Source: Patescibacteria group bacterium
Lineage (GTDB): Bacteria; Patescibacteriota; Minisyncoccia; Phycocordibacterales; JAKAEA01
Direction: 5' to 3'
DNA length: 64,000 nucleotides
NCBI GenBank assembly: GCA_040387855.1
Contig: JAZKCY010000001.1
Location: forward strand, 317,857-381,856
Part shown: piece after piece, positions 60,101-64,000 of the stretch
Position numbering within the stretch: position 1 is the first letter of the stretch
Layout of the letters: each line of letters opens with the position of its first letter
Translations under genes and position numbers: made by a program
Notes under the pieces: generated by a model
What the model was told of the DNA's origin: nothing
What the model saw: the letters and a program-made list of their open reading frames with translations, nothing else
The model's database searches: none

Positions 60101-60259
60101 TTACTTGGTCGGTATATGCGTTGGGGGATTGCGTGGTGTTTGCGGGACGCGGTATTCTTTGCCGCAATAGATACACCACATCTGCTTGCCGCGCGTATGT
60201 TCGTCTACAGACTGGGTTTTGACGCAGCGCGGATTGGGACAATAGAGTTTCACGGGCAT
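60101..60259 (-). CDS. Unannotated 52-aa Zn-ribbon miniprotein (SD-led class)
   Basis: AAAGGAGccaaccATG; MPVKLYCPNPRCVKTQSVDEHTRGKQMWCIYCGKEYRVPQTPRNPPTHIPTK. Confidence 0.75.
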   Translation of the reverse strand: MPVKLYCPNPRCVKTQSVDEHTRGKQMWCIYCGKEYRVPQTPRNPPTHIPTK

Positions 60260-60431
60260 GGTTGGCTCCTTTCACTCTACCTATCCATAATGGTACAGCT
60301 ATTTGGCATTTATACAACGGATAACATGAATATTGTATTAAAAATATAAATGGAAAACCCGCCGACGATACAGCTGACGGAGGGTTTCCATCGGCCGCTT
60401 TGTGGCGGGGTGTGTGAGGTACTTGTGAAGG

Positions 60432-61073
60432 TCATCGACGACGGCGACGAGCGAGAAGTCCTATGCCAGCGAGTCCTGTTAGTGCAACGGATCCTGGCTC
60501 AGGCGCTTGGGTCAGCACGAAGGTCTTGATCTCGACGTGGGAAGCTGGACCGCGGAGGTCGAAGTGGTAGACCGCGGTGAGTGTGCCGTTCGAGCTTTTG
60601 CTCAGACTTCCGATGGCATTGTCGACGAGGCCTGATGACAGAGTAAACTGCACCATGCCCACATCGAGTTGGCCCATCGAATCGTTGATGTGATCGAGAT
60701 CGATGGCACCGGCAAACGTTGCCGGTGTACCATGGGTTTCGCTGAACGGCAGGGTCTGCGTGCTTGCGCTTCGCATCGAGCGGATGTCTCGACCGGTCAT
60801 CTTCACATCCACCGAGTACGTGTAGTACTCCTTTTGTTGGTATGTGATTTCCACGAGATCGATCGTCGCACTCGTTATGAGTCGAGCCGCGAGCGATCCT
60901 GTTGAGGGATCGATCGAGTACTGCTGCGAGATGATTCCAGAGTCGATCGTCATGACCGTCTGGGAATCGGACTTGATCCCGGACGCGCTCAAGGGGTTGA
61001 GGGTGATGAGCGAAGCCTGCGTGGCCGAGCTCAGGGAGAGAATGGCCACGATGAATGCGAGAGCGGACTTCAT
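60432..61073 (-). CDS. PEP-CTERM sorting-domain protein (GC-rich, SD-led class)
   Basis: Sec signal MKSALAFIVAILSLSSATQA-S; C-terminus APEPGSVALTGLAGIGLLARRRRR. Confidence 0.9.
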   Translation of the reverse strand: MKSALAFIVAILSLSSATQASLITLNPLSASGIKSDSQTVMTIDSGIISQQYSIDPSTGSLAARLITSATIDLVEITYQQKEYYTYSVDVKMTGRDIRSMRSASTQTLPFSETHGTPATFAGAIDLDHINDSMGQLDVGMVQFTLSSGLVDNAIGSLSKSSNGTLTAVYHFDLRGPASHVEIKTFVLTQAPEPGSVALTGLAGIGLLARRRRR

Positions 61074-61147
61074 TGAGAATCCCTTCACGATTTCACTGCT
61101 ACATTGCTTGGGGCACTATGCCTTTCACAATAGCTGAGTCTGTGTGT

Positions 61148-61175
61148 ATTATATCATATTTAGGTAAAAAGTCAA
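61148..61175 (-). promoter_or_regulatory. sigma70 promoter of the PEP-CTERM gene
   Basis: TTGACT-N16-TATAAT with extended TG. Confidence 0.7.
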
Positions 61176-61183
61176 TATTTAAT

Positions 61184-61666
61184 TTAAATAAGATTTGAGA
61201 GAAAATATCCAACAAAATAAGCAATTACTGCAGCTACTGTTCCAATCATGAGTGTTGCACACGCAGCCCAAGCTCTATTTGTATTTGTAACTTTTCCTTT
61301 TACATATCCCACGAAGATAAATGCAAGGCCAGTGAGAATACATGACATAAGAAATGTGTCTATTCCCGTAGGAACTATGAATGAGAAAAGTGGTACAAAT
61401 CCAATAACTACAAAAGATACAAATGTTATAAATGCAGCTGTAATTGGTTTTTTCTCTGCACTGTTGTGACCTAGATCTTCTTCAGATTTTGAGGATAAAT
61501 AATTTGAGGCTGCCATAGAAAATCCGTCGGCAAAAAGATTTGCAAATCCTAAAATTAAAATAACAGCAGGTGATAGTGATGCTCCAATAACTCCAGATAC
61601 AACAGCAAATGTTGTTACGAGGCCATCAATACTTCCAAAGATAAAGTCAGGTAAATATTTTTTCAT
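61184..61666 (-). CDS. VIT1/CCC1 family Fe/Mn transporter
   Basis: FGSIDGLVTTFAVVSG, ANLFADGFSMA. Confidence 0.92.
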   Translation of the reverse strand: MKKYLPDFIFGSIDGLVTTFAVVSGVIGASLSPAVILILGFANLFADGFSMAASNYLSSKSEEDLGHNSAEKKPITAAFITFVSFVVIGFVPLFSFIVPTGIDTFLMSCILTGLAFIFVGYVKGKVTNTNRAWAACATLMIGTVAAVIAYFVGYFLSNLI

Positions 61667-61686
61667 GTTGTACTAGTATATACGGA

Positions 61687-62298
61687 TTACTTTTCCCACT
61701 CAACTATTGTTCCAGCTTTAAGCTCCAAGGCATCTGCTCGGCGAATAAACTTTTTATTTATTTTGGGATAAAAAGGAACATGAGGAGACTTGTCTATATG
61801 TGCTGCAAGATCAAATAACTCTACTTCTGTAGTGATCCATTCAGTACCAAATTTTTTGAGATTTACAGGACGGGTATAGCTTTGTAATACTTTCTCACCA
61901 GTTTCATAATGAAAATATTCATGAAAATATGACATCATAAGTTCGCGAACTGTTTTGTAAACCGGATCACGAAATCGTACAGTAGAGTGATTTGATTTTG
62001 AAATAGCTCCCCATAAGCCATTTATTTTGTAGAGTGCAACACTGTGATCGTCATCATAGGGATGGGCTTTTAGATTTATAATAATTGGTTCTTGTCCGTT
62101 GATCCACAATACTGCTGCAGCAAAAAGAGCAGCTTCCATACAATGAGCTTTTTTCTCGCGTATGACTCTTCGAGGAGACATATTGGTTTCACCATTTGGC
62201 TCAAAGTTGAAGGGAAGAGTATCCAAAAAATCTTGAATCTTAATTGGAGAGTTTAGAGATCGTAGTTTTTTAAGCTCAAGTTTACTCAGATTAAACAT
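61687..62298 (-). CDS. Conserved hypothetical protein, transglutaminase/papain-like Cys-His motifs
   Basis: AHCMEAALFAAA, DDDHSVA, WGAISKSN, SYFHEY. Confidence 0.7.
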   Translation of the reverse strand: MFNLSKLELKKLRSLNSPIKIQDFLDTLPFNFEPNGETNMSPRRVIREKKAHCMEAALFAAAVLWINGQEPIIINLKAHPYDDDHSVALYKINGLWGAISKSNHSTVRFRDPVYKTVRELMMSYFHEYFHYETGEKVLQSYTRPVNLKKFGTEWITTEVELFDLAAHIDKSPHVPFYPKINKKFIRRADALELKAGTIVEWEK

Positions 62299-62302
62299 TA
62301 AC

Positions 62303-63484
62303 CTATTTTAGCTTTTTTGGGGTTTTATGAATAGGCAACGAGAAAAAGAACGTTGTGCCCGTACCAACTTTGCTTTCCAACCAAATTTTACCTCCATGAG
62401 ACTTTATAATTTCAGAGGTGATATAGAGTCCAAGTCCAAGACCTTTAATTTCTCGCTCTTTTTTACCATTAGTTCTATAGAATCGTTCAAAGATCTTTTC
62501 TTGCTGATCCCTCGCTATACCCATGCCAAAATCTTGAACACTAATGATAATATCTGTTTTGTTTTTGCTTATCTTAATAGCTATCTTTTTACTATCTGGA
62601 GAATACTTAATAGCATTGGTTAATAAGTTTATAAGTACCTGACTAATACGTTCTTTATCAGCAAAAATCTTAATGCCTGTTGAACCTGACACAGTTATTT
62701 TATGCGTATCTGTAGAGTATTGGAATGTCTCAACCTCTTCATGAACTGCCTTATCCAATAAGAAATGATTTCGATGCATTGCCATTGTTCCAGATTGAAT
62801 CGAATACACATTGAGGAAAGAACTCATCATGCTACTTAATCTATCAATTTGAGAATCAATTTTATTTGAAATAAAAAGGGAATTGATATCTTTATCTTTT
62901 TTATGGCGCTTTTGCAAAAGCTGAATAAACATTTTGATACTTGTAAGAGGGGTTTTTAGTTCATGCGATGCCATTGCAATAAAATCATCTTTCTCTTTTT
63001 CAATTCTGCGTTGCTCAGTCACATCCTCAATGGCAAGTAAAATGAGCTCAGTTTGATGTCCCTCAAGTACTATACGTCGAGCATTGAGCATCATGGTTCG
63101 GGTGCCAATATCCTCAAAATGGTGAGTTACTTCATAATCATTAAAAACAGAATCTTTTGGGAGGATTTCTAAAAGGAGCTTTTTAAGTGGGGGAATGTCC
63201 CATTGTCCGTTACCAAGATCAAATATCTTTTTATTATAGGTTTCAGACTTTTTTACTTCAAACATCTCAAAGAAAGCCTTATTAGCTGTCTTAATGCATA
63301 AGTCTTCATTTAAGATGACGAGAGGTTCACGAACTGTTTCAACAATTGCTTCAGCGTAGGCAAACATGACTACCACATCTTCAACAGTTAGATTTTTTAT
63401 ATCTTTAATATCCTTAATATCCTTGAGGAGTTCGATGGCTTCATTGGCTTTCTCGTGAGCCTTGATGTTCTTTTTGTTTTTCAA
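62303..63484 (-). CDS. PAS sensor histidine kinase
   Basis: AIVETVREPLVIL PAS (CheR-fusion-like), ASHELKTP, NAIKYS, GLGLGL. Confidence 0.9.
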   Translation of the reverse strand: MKNKKNIKAHEKANEAIELLKDIKDIKDIKNLTVEDVVVMFAYAEAIVETVREPLVILNEDLCIKTANKAFFEMFEVKKSETYNKKIFDLGNGQWDIPPLKKLLLEILPKDSVFNDYEVTHHFEDIGTRTMMLNARRIVLEGHQTELILLAIEDVTEQRRIEKEKDDFIAMASHELKTPLTSIKMFIQLLQKRHKKDKDINSLFISNKIDSQIDRLSSMMSSFLNVYSIQSGTMAMHRNHFLLDKAVHEEVETFQYSTDTHKITVSGSTGIKIFADKERISQVLINLLTNAIKYSPDSKKIAIKISKNKTDIIISVQDFGMGIARDQQEKIFERFYRTNGKKEREIKGLGLGLYITSEIIKSHGGKIWLESKVGTGTTFFFSLPIHKTPKKLK

Positions 63485-63549
63485 AAAAATAGGTAATTTG
63501 ACATTGGAACAGTATCATTATATGACATGTTTGTCGAGTGAGTTGAGAG

Positions 63550-63999
63550 CTAGATTTTTATTTGTTCTTTCATCCATAGTGGAAGCTTAAGTAACGTATG
63601 AGTTCCATCAGGATTGTGAACTACCATTCCACTATTAGAAGAAAATGCCCATGGCATAAGTAATGTGAACCCAGTATTTACCAATTTGTTTGAAATATCT
63701 ACAGTAGAAGTATAGTTTGCTTCTGTGTTATAGAGTTCAGAATTTCCAGCAATAGGATGCTCAATCGCTTGGGGATCATAATAATTATATCCTCCATACT
63801 CAACTACCCACTTAGGTTTATTTTTGACCCCGCTAAAATCAAATACTTGGTCAGCAGAATTTCTATAAATATGTAAGCTATATACATCTGTAGAATCATC
63901 TACAAGACGAGTTCTTTTTGCTTCATCTGAAAATAATTGGTATTTAGGTTGTTCACGTTCTTCAAGATCAGAAAATCCTACATAGGTAGAACCTACGAG
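63550..63999 (-). CDS. C-terminal part of a probable clan GH-A (GH5-like) glycoside hydrolase (5' end outside window)
   Basis: Open frame to the window end: DVYSLHIY, KPKWVVEYG, LMPWAF. Confidence 0.5.
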   Translation of the reverse strand, partial: LVGSTYVGFSDLEEREQPKYQLFSDEAKRTRLVDDSTDVYSLHIYRNSADQVFDFSGVKNKPKWVVEYGGYNYYDPQAIEHPIAGNSELYNTEANYTSTVDISNKLVNTGFTLLMPWAFSSNSGMVVHNPDGTHTLLKLPLWMKEQIKI

Positions 64000-64000
64000 A

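Noticed and set aside
60042-60349. 91-aa (-) and 77-aa (+) ORFs in the track
   Set aside because: The third frame, 60101..60259, has a strong SD and a coherent CxxxxC/CxxC motif.
11446-60425. Frequent GTAC in island leaders and tails (e.g. GTACAAA near 11450, 19777 and 48180)
   Set aside because: A 4-mer at variable positions and absent from some leaders. Enrichment cannot be shown without counting.
958-61175. Integron cassette array, prophage or IS origin for the GC-rich genes
   Set aside because: No integrase, transposase or phage gene and no shared attC-like or terminal repeat seen. The genes are dispersed, on both strands and carry their own promoters.
63395-63426. Short 9-nt tandem repeat (IKDIKDIKN) in the kinase N-terminus
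   Set aside because: In-frame, imperfect low-complexity duplication; not CRISPR-like or phase-variable.
1-64000. CRISPR arrays, tRNA and rRNA genes
   Set aside because: No regularly spaced repeats, cloverleaf or rRNA signatures were found by eye.

Overview
AT-rich chromosomal segment that looks like a Patescibacteria (CPR, Parcubacteria-like) genome. This is inferred from gene content, compact genes and non-SD/leaderless starts; no rRNA is present to confirm it. The backbone carries rpoD (partial), a UvrD-PD(D/E)XK helicase, hisS, truB, typA, mutS-mutL, a glycogen/alpha-glucan cluster, three PAS histidine kinases, metal-homeostasis genes and many small stress-type genes. The main anomaly is a second gene class of about 16 sharply more GC-rich genes, scattered singly or in small groups. 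They carry Shine-Dalgarno sites and often structured leaders, several have clear sigma70 promoters, and most have their own terminators, while many backbone genes are leaderless or lack an SD. Several of these genes carry targeting motifs typical of Planctomycetota: four ExLExRxLxS/A-type N-termini (three with RTX Ca-binding repeats), a PEP-CTERM tail and an unannotated Zn-ribbon miniprotein. There is also a lipobox lipoprotein. No integrase, transposase or attC-like repeat is visible. The working hypothesis (inference) is a set of host-formatted genes that may be aimed at a planctomycete host's translation and export machinery. Other observations are an 8-site ECF-type promoter motif (GTAA-N17-CGTC), a possible split PhyR-like sigma-mimic/receiver pair, a leader-peptide attenuator before a HelD-like gene, a palindromic bidirectional leaderless promoter (hisS/truB) and several small ORFs missing from the ORF track. 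No tRNA, rRNA or CRISPR array was seen. GC differences were judged by eye, not computed.
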